A stretch of DNA of 64,000 bases from an uncultured delta proteobacterium (GTDB lineage: Bacteria > Myxococcota_A > Polyangia > Polyangiales > Polyangiaceae). The stretch is from the NCBI GenBank assembly GCA_963806225.1, contig CAWDXG010000001.1, positions 1,760,001 through 1,824,000 on the forward strand. Reading direction: 5' to 3'. The position numbers and the translations under genes are program-made. Below, in pieces: positions 1 to 9,186 of the stretch (its first letter is position 1; the number at the start of each line of letters is the position of its first letter). Below the pieces are notes generated by a model that saw only the letters and a program-made list of their open reading frames with translations, was not told the DNA's origin and made no database searches.

Positions 1-1192
1 GGGCGAGCCGCCGGTAGAGCTCGCCGGCCAGTGCCGGGTCCGCGTCGCACACCTCCTCGAAGTCGTCGGCCCGCACGCGCAGGAGCCGCGCGGTCCGGCT
101 CACCGTCGGAAGCGGACCCTCGCCCCACACGCCGACCAGCGACTCGGGGAAGACCAGCGCGCCGGTCCCCACCTGCCGGTTTCTGGCGCCGACGCCGCTC
201 AGGATGCCGTCCAGCACGATGTACGCGACCAGATCGCTCGCGATGACGCGCGGCACGCTCGCACCCGCTTCGAGCTCGATCTCGACCGCCGCGGCCAGCG
301 CTTCGAGCATCAGCGGCTGGGGCAGATCGCTGAGCAGCGGGCTCTGCCCCGCGCGCTGCAGATCCGCCGCACCCAGCCCGCGATCCTCGTCCGGTCGCTT
401 GACGAAGCGATCGCCGATCTCGATCACGACCGCCGTGGCGTTGTCGCGCCCTTTCTGTCCGGCGCGACCGACCAGAGCGTGCGCGGCGTCCTCGGTCGAG
501 CCCAGCCGGAGCAGGTGCGCCAGCTCGCTCTCGCCGTCGAGCTGGTCGTGCACGCCGTCGGAGCACAGCAGCAGCCGATCGCCGCGGGCGAGATCGACGA
601 ACAGCGCGTCGGCGGCGATCACGTCGGCGATGCCGATCGCATTGATCAGCCGGTTGTGTCCCTGCGCGCGGAGTCGTGGACCCAGCTTGCCGTCGGCCTT
701 CAGCGACTCGAGCTGCGCGTGGTCCTGCGTGAGCTGCAGCACGGCGTTCGAACGCGCCAGGTACACGCGGCTGTCGCCCGCGTGCGCGACGAACGCGCGA
801 TCGCGCGCGAGCCACACCACGTCGAGCGTGGTGCCCATGCCGCGCCGCGCTGGATCGAGATCGGCTTCCTGTCGCACCTTCTCGTTGGCGCGCTCCATCA
901 CGCGCTTGAGCCGCGCCAGCATGTTGCGGCGCGTGTCGAGGTCCGGCCGCGCGCAGTACTGGTCGCAGATCCGCTGCGAGGTGTCGTCCGCGATCGCCGC
1001 TTTCACCTCGTCGACCGCCAGCCGCGCTGCGACCTCGCCCGCCGGATGTCCGCCCATGCCGTCGGCCACGACGAACAGCGCCAGGCCCGGCTCGAGCAGC
1101 GCAACGTCCTCGTACGTCGAGCGCGCGCGTCCGATGTCCTCGCAGACCGAGAATCCGATCCGGAAGTCGAAGCGGGGAACGATGCTCGCCAC
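1..1192 (-). CDS. PP2C-family Ser/Thr protein phosphatase with C-terminal cNMP-binding-like domain (3' end runs off the window)
   Basis: My translation of the minus strand from GTG at 1192 gives MASIVPRFDFRIGFSVCEDIGRARSTYED..LFVVADGMGGHPAGEVAA..GMGTT..DNATAVVIE (PP2C motifs), then a cNMP-like segment (AYIVLDG..GALVFPESL..ARLLRVRADDFEEVC). Absent from the ORF track because no stop lies in the window. Confidence 0.85.
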   Translation of the reverse strand, partial: MASIVPRFDFRIGFSVCEDIGRARSTYEDVALLEPGLALFVVADGMGGHPAGEVAARLAVDEVKAAIADDTSQRICDQYCARPDLDTRRNMLARLKRVMERANEKVRQEADLDPARRGMGTTLDVVWLARDRAFVAHAGDSRVYLARSNAVLQLTQDHAQLESLKADGKLGPRLRAQGHNRLINAIGIADVIAADALFVDLARGDRLLLCSDGVHDQLDGESELAHLLRLGSTEDAAHALVGRAGQKGRDNATAVVIEIGDRFVKRPDEDRGLGAADLQRAGQSPLLSDLPQPLMLEALAAAVEIELEAGASVPRVIASDLVAYIVLDGILSGVGARNRQVGTGALVFPESLVGVWGEGPLPTVSRTARLLRVRADDFEEVCDADPALAGELYRRLA

Positions 1193-1254
1193 GCCGCCTA
1201 GCGTAGTCGCCCCGCGAGCCGAGCGCGCGGATTCGTGATACAGGCGGCGCCAGT

Positions 1255-1923
1255 ATGCGCGTGCTCGGTATCGAGACCTCGGCGGCCCACCGCGGCAGCG
1301 TGGCGTTGGTGGAGGCGGGCAAGCTCGTCTGCGAGGCGAGCCACACCAAGCCGAACACGCACGCGGAGAAGACCCTGCCCCTCGTCGAGCAGGTCCTGGC
1401 CGAGGCCGGCTGGACGCGGAGCAGCCTCGATCGCGTGGCGGTCGGCATCGGTCCCGGCTCCTTCACGGGGCTCCGGGTCGGGATGGCGCTGGCGCAGGGC
1501 ATCGCGCTCGGCCTCGGCATTCCGGTGGTCGGCGTCGGCTCGCTCCGGGCGATGGCGGCTGCGGTGCCCTCCGACCGCCATGGCCTCCGCGTGCCGCTGC
1601 TGGACGCCCGCCGCAGCGAGCTGTTCGCGGCCGTCTACGACGTAACCGGCCAGGAGCTCGTGGCGCCGCTGGTCCTGCCCCGCGACACCGCGCTCGCGGT
1701 GCTGCAGCAGCGTGCGCCCGGCGCGCGCGTGTTGATTGGAGAGGTGACGGCTGCGCTGGGGATCGCCGACGCCCTGCACTCGGCGCAAACCGATCTGCCC
1801 CACGCCGCGTCCACGGCCAGGGTCGGGGCCGGGCTGGATCCCGCTCTGGCGCCCGCCGAGCCGCTGTATGTGCGCGAGGCCGACGCCATCAAGCCCGACC
1901 TACCGCCGTCACCTTTCGGCTAG
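1255..1923 (+). CDS. tsaB: tRNA threonylcarbamoyladenosine biosynthesis protein TsaB
   Basis: VLGIETS, H.EKTLP, VGIGPGSFTGLRVG, LDARRSE and EPLYVR motifs. Confidence 0.93.
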   Translation: MRVLGIETSAAHRGSVALVEAGKLVCEASHTKPNTHAEKTLPLVEQVLAEAGWTRSSLDRVAVGIGPGSFTGLRVGMALAQGIALGLGIPVVGVGSLRAMAAAVPSDRHGLRVPLLDARRSELFAAVYDVTGQELVAPLVLPRDTALAVLQQRAPGARVLIGEVTAALGIADALHSAQTDLPHAASTARVGAGLDPALAPAEPLYVREADAIKPDLPPSPFG

Positions 1924-1986
1924 GCCTCCCGCGGTAGTAGCTGGGCGGGATGAGACCGGTGGCGCCGTCCCCTCTGCTCGTCTAGC

Positions 1987-2709
1987 ATGCCGCCGCAGAT
2001 GGCTTCCTCCGCGGATCCAGCCGAGGGCGGCGGCGAGAGCCGCCTTCTGGCGCGCTTCGGGCGGCGCTTCTCGGCCGGCGACGTGCTGTTCAACGACGGC
2101 GATCCGGCCAGCGAAGCCTTCCTGCTGCAGGAAGGCCGGGTGCGGCTGATCAAGCGGGTCGGCGCGGTCGAACGCAGCCTGCGCGTGCTCCGGCCCGGAG
2201 ACCTGTTCGGCGAGACGGCCCTGATCCAGGGCGCGCCCCGCAACTCGACCGCCGTGGCGCTTTCCGACGGCGTGGCGCTTGCGCTCGACCAGGCCACTTT
2301 TGAACAGGTGCTCTCGAGCAACCCGGGCGTCGGCTCGCGGGTGCTGCACCAGCTGATCCGCCGGCTGCGCGACGCGGAGGACCAGATCGAGATCCTGATG
2401 CTGCGCGATTCGCAGTCGAAGATCGTGGTCTTGCTGCTGAAGCTGGCCCATCAGAGCAGCAGCGGGCAGACCACCGGAGCGGTATCGGTCAACATCTCGC
2501 CGATGGAGCTGTCGACGCGCGTCGGTCTGGACGTGGACACGGTCAAGCGCAACGTCCAGCAGCTGCGCGACAGCGGGTACATCAACATCTCGGGCGAGCG
2601 AATGGAGATCCCGGACATCGAGGCGCTCGGAGAGCTGTACGGCCTGCTCGGGGTCAAGGACCAGATCGTCGGCGGCGACGAGGGCCCCGGCCGGTCCGGC
2701 TCGCGGTAA
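1987..2709 (+). CDS. Crp/Fnr family transcriptional regulator
   Basis: cNMP domain (LFNDGD, GDLFGETALIQGAPRNSTAVA) plus C-terminal HTH (SPMELSTRVGLDVDTVKRNVQQL); start could be ATG 1999. Confidence 0.9.
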   Translation: MPPQMASSADPAEGGGESRLLARFGRRFSAGDVLFNDGDPASEAFLLQEGRVRLIKRVGAVERSLRVLRPGDLFGETALIQGAPRNSTAVALSDGVALALDQATFEQVLSSNPGVGSRVLHQLIRRLRDAEDQIEILMLRDSQSKIVVLLLKLAHQSSSGQTTGAVSVNISPMELSTRVGLDVDTVKRNVQQLRDSGYINISGERMEIPDIEALGELYGLLGVKDQIVGGDEGPGRSGSR

Positions 2710-2785
2710 GCCTGGAAATTCAAGCACGTAGCCGTCTGGTTGCGCGTTGACTCGCCGGAAGCCGTGCGGTACGTGACGCCGTCAC

Positions 2786-3601
2786 ATGAGGGTTGTGGGA
2801 TACCGGCTGGCTGTTGCGCTCACGCTGGCGCTGCTGCCTCCGCTTCTCTCCGCCTGTCCGCCCAGCCCGGACACCCCGCACGGCGGCGATCCGGGTCGAA
2901 TGAGCGACGCCCAGTACGACATGGCGCGCGACCTGTGGCTCAGGCAGGGCAAGACGCGCGAGGCGCTGGGCCACGCGCTCAAGGCCGTCGACCTGAACGA
3001 CGACAATTCCGATGCCGAGCACCTGGTGGCGCTCATCTACCTCGATTTCTGCGAGAAGAGCCCCGACGACTGCCACCTGGCGGATGCGGAGAAGTACACG
3101 CGCATGGCGCTGGACGCGCGGCCGGACTTCCGCGAGGCCAAGAACACCCTGGGCGTCATCCTCATCCACGAGAAGCGCTACGACGATGCGATCAAGGTGC
3201 TCAAGCCGCTGACGGCCGACATCCTGTATGCGACCCCCGAAAATGCTTGGGGAAATCTGGGCTGGGCGTACCTGGAGAAGGGCGAGCTGAACAAGGCCAT
3301 CGACGCTCTCCAGCGCAGCGTCGCCGCCCAGCCGATTTTCTGCGTGGGCAACTACCGGCTGGGCCGGGCTTTCGAGCAGAAGAAGCAGCTGCAGTCCGCG
3401 CTCGAGGCGTACACGAACGCCCTGGAAACCGACTCGCCGGCCTGCAAGAAGCTCCAGGTCGCCTTCGCCGGCAAGGGCCGGGTGGAGCTCGCGCTCGGCG
3501 AGGCCGACAAGGCCCGGGCGGACCTGGACCAGTGCGTGAAGCTGGATGAGGCGACCCGCGCCGGAAAAGAATGCAGCTCCATGCTGGAAAAACTCAAGTA
3601 G
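2786..3601 (+). CDS. tgl: TPR lipoprotein, Tgl/PilF(PilW)-like type IV pilus secretin pilotin
   Basis: Lipobox LSAC, Cys-containing TPRs (AKNTLGVILI, LYATPENAWGNLGWAY), upstream of HTH gene and recO. Confidence 0.75.
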   Translation: MRVVGYRLAVALTLALLPPLLSACPPSPDTPHGGDPGRMSDAQYDMARDLWLRQGKTREALGHALKAVDLNDDNSDAEHLVALIYLDFCEKSPDDCHLADAEKYTRMALDARPDFREAKNTLGVILIHEKRYDDAIKVLKPLTADILYATPENAWGNLGWAYLEKGELNKAIDALQRSVAAQPIFCVGNYRLGRAFEQKKQLQSALEAYTNALETDSPACKKLQVAFAGKGRVELALGEADKARADLDQCVKLDEATRAGKECSSMLEKLK

Positions 3602-3616
3602 GCTCTGGGCCCCGCG

Positions 3617-4054
3617 ATGGAGACCGTCGGCCAATACCTCAAGAGGGAGCGCGAAGCTCGCCGCATGAGCATCGAGGAAATCTCGCGCTCGACGCGCGTG
3701 CCAATGTCGAGCGTCGAGCGCATCGAAGCCGATCAGTTCGACGAGCTTCCGGGTGAAGTGTTCGTGCGCGGCTTCCTCAAGTCGTACGCGCGTTCCGTCG
3801 GCGTGCCGACGGAAGAAGTGCTCGCGCGCTACACGGCCAGCCGCCGCGTTGCGTGGGTGACGCCGCTGCCGATCTCGAGTCCGACCAAGCCCGCGCGCGG
3901 CCGGCGTTTCGGCGTCGCTATCGCGTTCGTGCTGCTGCTCATCCTGTTCACGCTGGCGCTCAGCATCGTGCTCAAGCCGCGCGGCGACGACATGCCGCAG
4001 GAGCTGTCGCTCCGCGCGCCGGCGGTCCGCGTGCTCGGCAGCTTCACCGGTTAG
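3617..4054 (+). CDS. RodZ-like HTH protein with a single TM helix
   Basis: VGQYLKRERE..SIEEISRSTRV..IEADQFDELPGEVFVRGFLKSYARSVG followed by a hydrophobic helix. Confidence 0.85.
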   Translation: METVGQYLKREREARRMSIEEISRSTRVPMSSVERIEADQFDELPGEVFVRGFLKSYARSVGVPTEEVLARYTASRRVAWVTPLPISSPTKPARGRRFGVAIAFVLLLILFTLALSIVLKPRGDDMPQELSLRAPAVRVLGSFTG

Positions 4055-4060
4055 CGCAGC

Positions 4061-4792
4061 GTGGCGCGTCCGCGCGCGACCTCGGCAGCCCGCCCGCACA
4101 CGACGCGCGCGCTCCTGCTTCGTCGTGTGAGCTACGGCGAGTCGGATCTGGTCGTCACGCTGTTCACCGAAGCGCTCGGACGCGTGAGCGCGCTGGCGCG
4201 TGGCGCGCGGCGCAGCCAGAAGCGCTTCGGCGGATCGCTCGAACCGATGCACACGTTGATCCTGCGCATGGACGAACGCGCTGGCGCGGAGCTCCTGGCG
4301 CTCAGGGAAGCGAGCCTCGAGACGCCGCGACATCATCTGGTGCGCGATCTGGATCGCATGCAGGCCGCGGGACGCGCGCTCGGATGGATCCGTCGCGCTG
4401 CTCCGCCGCGCACGCCGGAACCCGAGGCGTGGCGCGTGATCATCGAGCTGCTCGATCGTCTCGACGACGAGAGCGACGCACGCACTCCGAAGCTGCACCT
4501 CGCGGAGCTCGGTCTGCGTCTGCTCGCCGCGCTCGGCTGGGGGCTCGATCTGCAGCGCTGCGTGCGCTGCGGTCGCGCCTGCGAGTCGGGGCGCGCGGCC
4601 ATGATCGACGCGACGCGCGGCGGCCTGGTCTGCCGTGCCTGCGGCGGCGCGCGCGTCCAGCTCGACGGCGCCGTGCGGGCGCGGCTGGCCTCCGCCGCAG
4701 CCGGCAAAATCCCCGGACTCTCGGCAGAAGACGCCAACGTCGCGCTCGGTCTGGTGGAAGCGGCGCTGCGCGCGCACATGGATATCGAGTGA
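4061..4792 (+). CDS. recO: DNA repair protein RecO
   Basis: LLRRVSYGESDLVVTLFT..GRVSALARGARRSQKRFGGSLEP; Zn finger CVRCG..CRAC. Confidence 0.93.
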   Translation: MARPRATSAARPHTTRALLLRRVSYGESDLVVTLFTEALGRVSALARGARRSQKRFGGSLEPMHTLILRMDERAGAELLALREASLETPRHHLVRDLDRMQAAGRALGWIRRAAPPRTPEPEAWRVIIELLDRLDDESDARTPKLHLAELGLRLLAALGWGLDLQRCVRCGRACESGRAAMIDATRGGLVCRACGGARVQLDGAVRARLASAAAGKIPGLSAEDANVALGLVEAALRAHMDIE

Positions 4793-4865
4793 GCGTCGTC
4801 AAGTCGCCGCGGCGGGTGCCGGCGGTGCCGTAGCGGATGCGCGTGTGCGGGTCTACACTGGTCGC

Positions 4866-5672
4866 ATGGGACCGAAGTGGGCAATCGTGGGGATTTCGGC
4901 GGCGCTGCTGCTGCCGGCCGTGGCGCGGGCCGGCTCGTCGGAAAAGCACGCGCATGGCGACTCGAGCGCGAAGAGCGACGCCAAGCTGCCGCCGCTGAAG
5001 GTGAGCATCGATCAATCGAAGGTGGATCTGGCGGACCACCACCTGGAGGTGAAGCTGTCGCGCGCAGCGGAGTCGGTGCACATCAAGGTGATGGACGACT
5101 CGGGCGACGTGCTCGCCGACGAGACCCAGGACTTCAAGAACAAGCCCGCCGGGACGCCGCTCATCGTGACGTGGTCGCCGAAGAATGACTCCCCGGTCGC
5201 TCGCATCGAGGTATTCGGCTACGACACGCACGGCTACTACGCCGGCGTCGCTATCGTGCCCTGGTCGGTGAGCATCCCGCACCAGGAAGTGCTGTTCGAC
5301 ACCGACAAGGCGCTCATCAAGGCGAGCGAGAAGCCCAAGCTCGAGGACAGCTACGCGAAGATCAAGCAGGCGATCAAGGAGCACAAGGACCTCGGCTCCA
5401 TCAAGCTCTTCATCGGCGGCCACACCGACACCGTGGGCAGCGCCGCACACAACATGGAGCTGTCACGCCGTCGCGCCCGCGCCATCGCCGGGTGGTTCCG
5501 CCACCGCGGCATCCACATCCCCGTCTACTACGCTGGCTTCGGCGAGTCCGTGCCCGCCGTCAAGACCGCCGACAACGTCGACGAACCGCGAAACCGCCGC
5601 GTCGACTACATCCTCGCGATCGATCCGCCACAGATGAAGAGCGGGACCAGCGTCGCCTGGCATCATGGATAG
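4866..5672 (+). CDS. OmpA-family peptidoglycan-binding domain protein
   Basis: Signal peptide from ATG 4866; VLFDTDKA, IGGHTDTVGS..NMELSRRRA, GFGESVP, RNRRVD. Confidence 0.9.
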   Translation: MGPKWAIVGISAALLLPAVARAGSSEKHAHGDSSAKSDAKLPPLKVSIDQSKVDLADHHLEVKLSRAAESVHIKVMDDSGDVLADETQDFKNKPAGTPLIVTWSPKNDSPVARIEVFGYDTHGYYAGVAIVPWSVSIPHQEVLFDTDKALIKASEKPKLEDSYAKIKQAIKEHKDLGSIKLFIGGHTDTVGSAAHNMELSRRRARAIAGWFRHRGIHIPVYYAGFGESVPAVKTADNVDEPRNRRVDYILAIDPPQMKSGTSVAWHHG

Positions 5673-5921
5673 CGCCGCCCGTCGATCGCGAGCACTCGAT
5701 GGACCGCTCGTCGCGTTGGCTGTGCCGGCTGTGGGCTGCTGGGACGGGCGGGGCGCGCCTGCTCCGGGACCTGGTGGGGTGCGCCCGATGACCCAAGGAC
5801 GGACGGCGGGTCCCCGGGTCGCGCAAAATTGGCAAGTGGATATGAAAGTCGTTTGCAGTAGTACGCGCCGCCCGCGGTGATTCTGCGCAAATTCCGCACG
5901 GCGCTGCGCGGAAGGGGCGCA

Positions 5922-5944
5922 AAAATGAACTTGATTTTCATTTT
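5922..5944. promoter_or_regulatory. AT-rich inverted repeat AAAATGAA-N7-TTCATTTT, candidate operator
   Basis: Perfect 8-bp arms (5922-5929, 5937-5944) about 40 bp upstream of the ferritin-like/HTH gene. Confidence 0.55.
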
Positions 5945-5985
5945 CAAATCTGCCACTTCTCCGACTCGGGAAATGGGTCGAGCCA

Positions 5986-6944
5986 TGCTGACGTTCCGCC
6001 GGCCGCCGGGGCTGGTGCCGCAGAAGCCCCGTGAGGGGCGGAGCGTGCTCGGCGACTACCTCGCGCGCGAGGCACGCATGCTCTCGGCCTCGGCCGAGGC
6101 GTTCTGCGCGCTGTCCGACGCGCTCTTCGCTGCCGGAGCGCCGTGCGCTCTGACCGGTCGCGCGGCATGCGCCGCGAACGACCGCACCCGTCACGCAGAG
6201 CTCTTCACGCGGCTGGCGGCGCGTCACGGCGGACGACCCAGCGCGCTCCGCGTCGCGAAGCGGAAGCCGCGTGCGCTGGTGGAGATCGCCATCGACAACG
6301 CAGCCGAGGGCTGCGTGCGCGACACCTACGCGACGTTGCTTGCGACCTGGCAGGCGGAGCACGCGCGCAATGGTTCCGTCTCGAAGGCGATGGACGCGAT
6401 CGCGCGGGACGGCCTGCGCCATGCGGCGTTCGCCTGGGCGCTGTGGGACTGGCTCCTGGCGCAACTGTCGCGGCGCGATCAGACGCGCGTCCGGTGCGCG
6501 CTGGAAGATGCGGTGGAGCGCCTGGAGCGCTGCGTGCGCGAACCGGACCCGGCGCTCGCGCGCAGCGCGGGACTGCCGAAGCGTGACGAGCAGCGGGTGC
6601 TGCTCGCCGAGCTCCGCCGCGTGCTGTGGAGCAAGCCGGAGGTTGCGCGCCGCGCGAAGAGAGCGCCGCGCTCCGAGGTGGTAGCGCGAGGGCGGGTAGG
6701 GCGCCCGCCGGCGCGCTGGGGGAGGCTCGCGCTCCATATCGAACAGTCGGGGCTGTCGCGGCAGACCGTGGCCGCGGAGCTGGGCATCTCGCGCAAGTTC
6801 CTCGACAATATCTGCCGGGAGGTGCGGCGTCCGGGGCCTGCGCTTGCCGAGCGCATCGAGCGCCTGACGGGCGGCAGTGTCACCGTGGCGTATCTGATGG
6901 CGCTGCCCAAGCACGACCGCCGGAGCTCCACGCCGCGCGACTGA
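5986..6944 (+). CDS. Ferritin-like domain (myxobacterial type, degenerate ligands) fused to C-terminal Cro/XRE-type HTH
   Basis: EIAIDNAAEGCVRDTY..TWQAEHA..IARDGLRHAAFAW resembles the myxobacterial ferritin-like family; C-terminal LSRQTVAAELGISRKFLDNI..RRPGPALAERIERLTGGSV is an HTH. Start uncertain. Confidence 0.7.
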
Positions 6945-6987
6945 GCGGGCGCTACGCTTCCAGCCGCGCCGGGTTCGGACCGCGCAA

Positions 6988-7911
6988 TCAGACGCCGACG
7001 TCGGCGAACAGCCCGCTGGCGACGCCGCTCTTGAACCAGCCCATCACCTGCTGCGCGGCTTGTGCTTCGCTCGTTCCGTCGAGCAGCGGCGCCACGCGGT
7101 CGAGCGCGGTGGAGAGCGTTTCGCCCGCGGCGAGCGACTCGAACAGCGCCACCATCGCCTCGGTGAGCCCGGTACGCCAGATCGTCGCGCCCGTGCGATA
7201 GACGGCGACGCTGGTCTTCCGGGCCGAGGGCACGTCGGGCGACTCTCCGAGACGGAACGCCTGGAGATACGCATTGACCGGGTAGTCGAAGTGCAGGATC
7301 CGGAGCGAGGGGTTGCCGACCAGGCGTGCCTCGGCCCAGCGATCGGCGGGCACGCGCGCCAGATCCGCTTCGCTGATCACGTTGGAAGTGGGCGCATGGA
7401 TCACGAGCACGATCGCCCACTCCAGGCTCGCCAGATCGGCCGCGAAGCCCGGCGCGGGTAGCGGCTGGTCGCGGCAGAGCTCGGCCATGTGCCTTCCGTA
7501 GACGTTCAGGTTCGGCTCCGTCGACGGGAAGCGCGCGATGTAGCTGCGGCAGAGGGCGTCGAAACGCTCCGGCCCGAGGTGGTGCTGGAGCACGGGGTAG
7601 TCGTCGGCCAGACATTCCACGAGCCGGGCGTGGTAGCTGCGGCGGTAGATCTCCAGCCGCTCGAGCGCCGTGAGCGTGGCGCTGGGCGTCACCAGCGCCG
7701 CTGCCGAGCGCTCGTCGACGGGGGCGGGCTCGTTCTCCGGCGTGGTGACGATGTCGGCGAACCAGCGCTGCTGCGCGCGCAGATCGAGCTTGGCGGGAAG
7801 CCACGCGGGGGCGGCGCCGTGACGCGCCGCCGCGCTCTCGTCGACGTGTGCCGGCGTGGCGCTCGCGCGCTCGTGCGTGCCGATGGCGTCGGCGGTGGCT
7901 TCGCGCTTCAC
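6988..7911 (-). CDS. DUF2063 (HvfC/BufC-like) MNIO partner protein
   Basis: ERLEIYRRSYHARLVECLADDYPVL..LGPERFDALCRSYIARFPS..DLASLEWA; GTGA overlap with the DUF692 stop. Confidence 0.88.
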   Translation of the reverse strand: MKREATADAIGTHERASATPAHVDESAAARHGAAPAWLPAKLDLRAQQRWFADIVTTPENEPAPVDERSAAALVTPSATLTALERLEIYRRSYHARLVECLADDYPVLQHHLGPERFDALCRSYIARFPSTEPNLNVYGRHMAELCRDQPLPAPGFAADLASLEWAIVLVIHAPTSNVISEADLARVPADRWAEARLVGNPSLRILHFDYPVNAYLQAFRLGESPDVPSARKTSVAVYRTGATIWRTGLTEAMVALFESLAAGETLSTALDRVAPLLDGTSEAQAAQQVMGWFKSGVASGLFADVGV

Positions 7912-8738
7912 CGGGTCGCTCCGATGAACTCGTGTGCGCGCAGCGCCTCGGCGTGCGTCTCGTCGAAGGACGGGATCTCCGCGTCCCACTCGAGCAGGAC
8001 GGAAGCGCCGCCGGCGCGCTCGTGCGCGACAGCCAGGAGCTGCCACACCGGATCGATGACCGGGCCGATGTGCGAGTCGATGATGTACCTGCCGTAGTCC
8101 GTGTGTCCGGCGACGTGGAACTGCACCACGCGGTCGTAGGGCACGGCGTCGAGATACGCTATCGGATCGAAGCCGTGATTTTTCGACGAGACGTAGACGT
8201 TGTTCACGTCCAGCAGGATCGCGCAGTCGGCCTGCTCGGCGAGCCGCCCCAGAAACTCCCACTCGGGCATGCTGTTTGTGGTGAGCTCGGCGTACGTTGA
8301 CGGATTTTCGAGCGCGAGCGGCGCGCCGAGGAAATCCTGCACTTCGCTGACGCGCGCGGCGACGTGCTCGAGCGCTTCCTCCGTGTAGGGCAGGGGCAGA
8401 AGGTCGTGGGTGTTCCTGCCCGCGACGCCCGTCCAGCACAGGTGGTCGGAGACCCAGCGCGCGCCGACGCGATCGCGGAGCTCGCGGAGCTCGCGGAGGT
8501 AGTCGCGGTCCAGCGGATCCGTCGAGCCGATCGACATCGACACGCCGTGCATGACGACCGGGTACGCTCCGGCGATCGCGTCGAGGTAGTCCAGCGGGCG
8601 GCCGGACGTGCGCATGTAGTTTTCGCTGAGGATCTCGAAGAACGCGACAGGCGGGCGGTCCTTCACGATGCGCTCGTAGTGCACCGTCCTCAGGCCTAGC
8701 CCGACGCCGAGGTCGGGCAGATCGAACCGATTTTTCAT
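7908..8738 (-). CDS. DUF692 multinuclear non-heme iron-dependent oxidative enzyme (MNIO)
   Basis: GVGLGLR, FFEILSENYM, HGVSMSIGS, WVSDHLCW, ENPSTY, LLDVNNVYV, HVAGH, IDSH, LLEWD. Confidence 0.95.
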   Translation of the reverse strand: MKNRFDLPDLGVGLGLRTVHYERIVKDRPPVAFFEILSENYMRTSGRPLDYLDAIAGAYPVVMHGVSMSIGSTDPLDRDYLRELRELRDRVGARWVSDHLCWTGVAGRNTHDLLPLPYTEEALEHVAARVSEVQDFLGAPLALENPSTYAELTTNSMPEWEFLGRLAEQADCAILLDVNNVYVSSKNHGFDPIAYLDAVPYDRVVQFHVAGHTDYGRYIIDSHIGPVIDPVWQLLAVAHERAGGASVLLEWDAEIPSFDETHAEALRAHEFIGATR

Positions 8739-8847
8739 GTGTGGAGAGATCGAGAGGACCGCACCGGTATCACCGATGCGGTCCACCCCGGGAAAGGCCA
8801 GCAGCCATGGCTGCCGCCAGTCCCTGCAGTCTTTTCGTGTTCGCTTC

Positions 8848-9096
8848 TCAGCTGCCGTCGTCGGCGCCGCCGCCCATGCTCTTGCAGGACTGCTTTTCCG
8901 GGGCCGGCGCGGGCGCCGAATCCGAGCCCATGCCCGAGCAGGAATGCTTGGCAGGTGCCGCTGCCGGCTCGGCGTTGCTGTTCGCGGCCGGAGCGTCGGG
9001 TGCATTCGGTGCGGGCGTCGCACCGCCGCCGCAACCCGTGACTCCCGCCAGGATCCCGCCGACTGCTGCCGTCAATAGAGCGTTCTTGATGTTCAT
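8848..9096 (-). CDS. Putative MNIO RiPP precursor, lipoprotein with two KxSCxxMG repeats
   Basis: 82 aa; signal peptide with lipobox-like VTGC; Pro/Ala linker; KHSCSGMG and KQSCKSMG; directly upstream of DUF692; AGAGGGA RBS. Confidence 0.8.
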   Translation of the reverse strand: MNIKNALLTAAVGGILAGVTGCGGGATPAPNAPDAPAANSNAEPAAAPAKHSCSGMGSDSAPAPAPEKQSCKSMGGGADDGS

Positions 9097-9186
9097 GTTC
9101 CCTCTTGTCAGGTTTCGTGTTTGCCCGCTCCGGGTGGAGCGTGCCCTGGTGCATACGGGCCTGTCGCCAGGTCGTTACACGCGCAC

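Noticed and set aside
8790..8850. Selenocysteine read-through of the precursor's TGA (..DDGS-UGA) using the downstream hairpin as SECIS
   Set aside because: The hairpin loop is about 38 nt from the UGA and lacks the typical 5' G; the read-through peptide does not resemble the core repeats; no sel genes are visible here.
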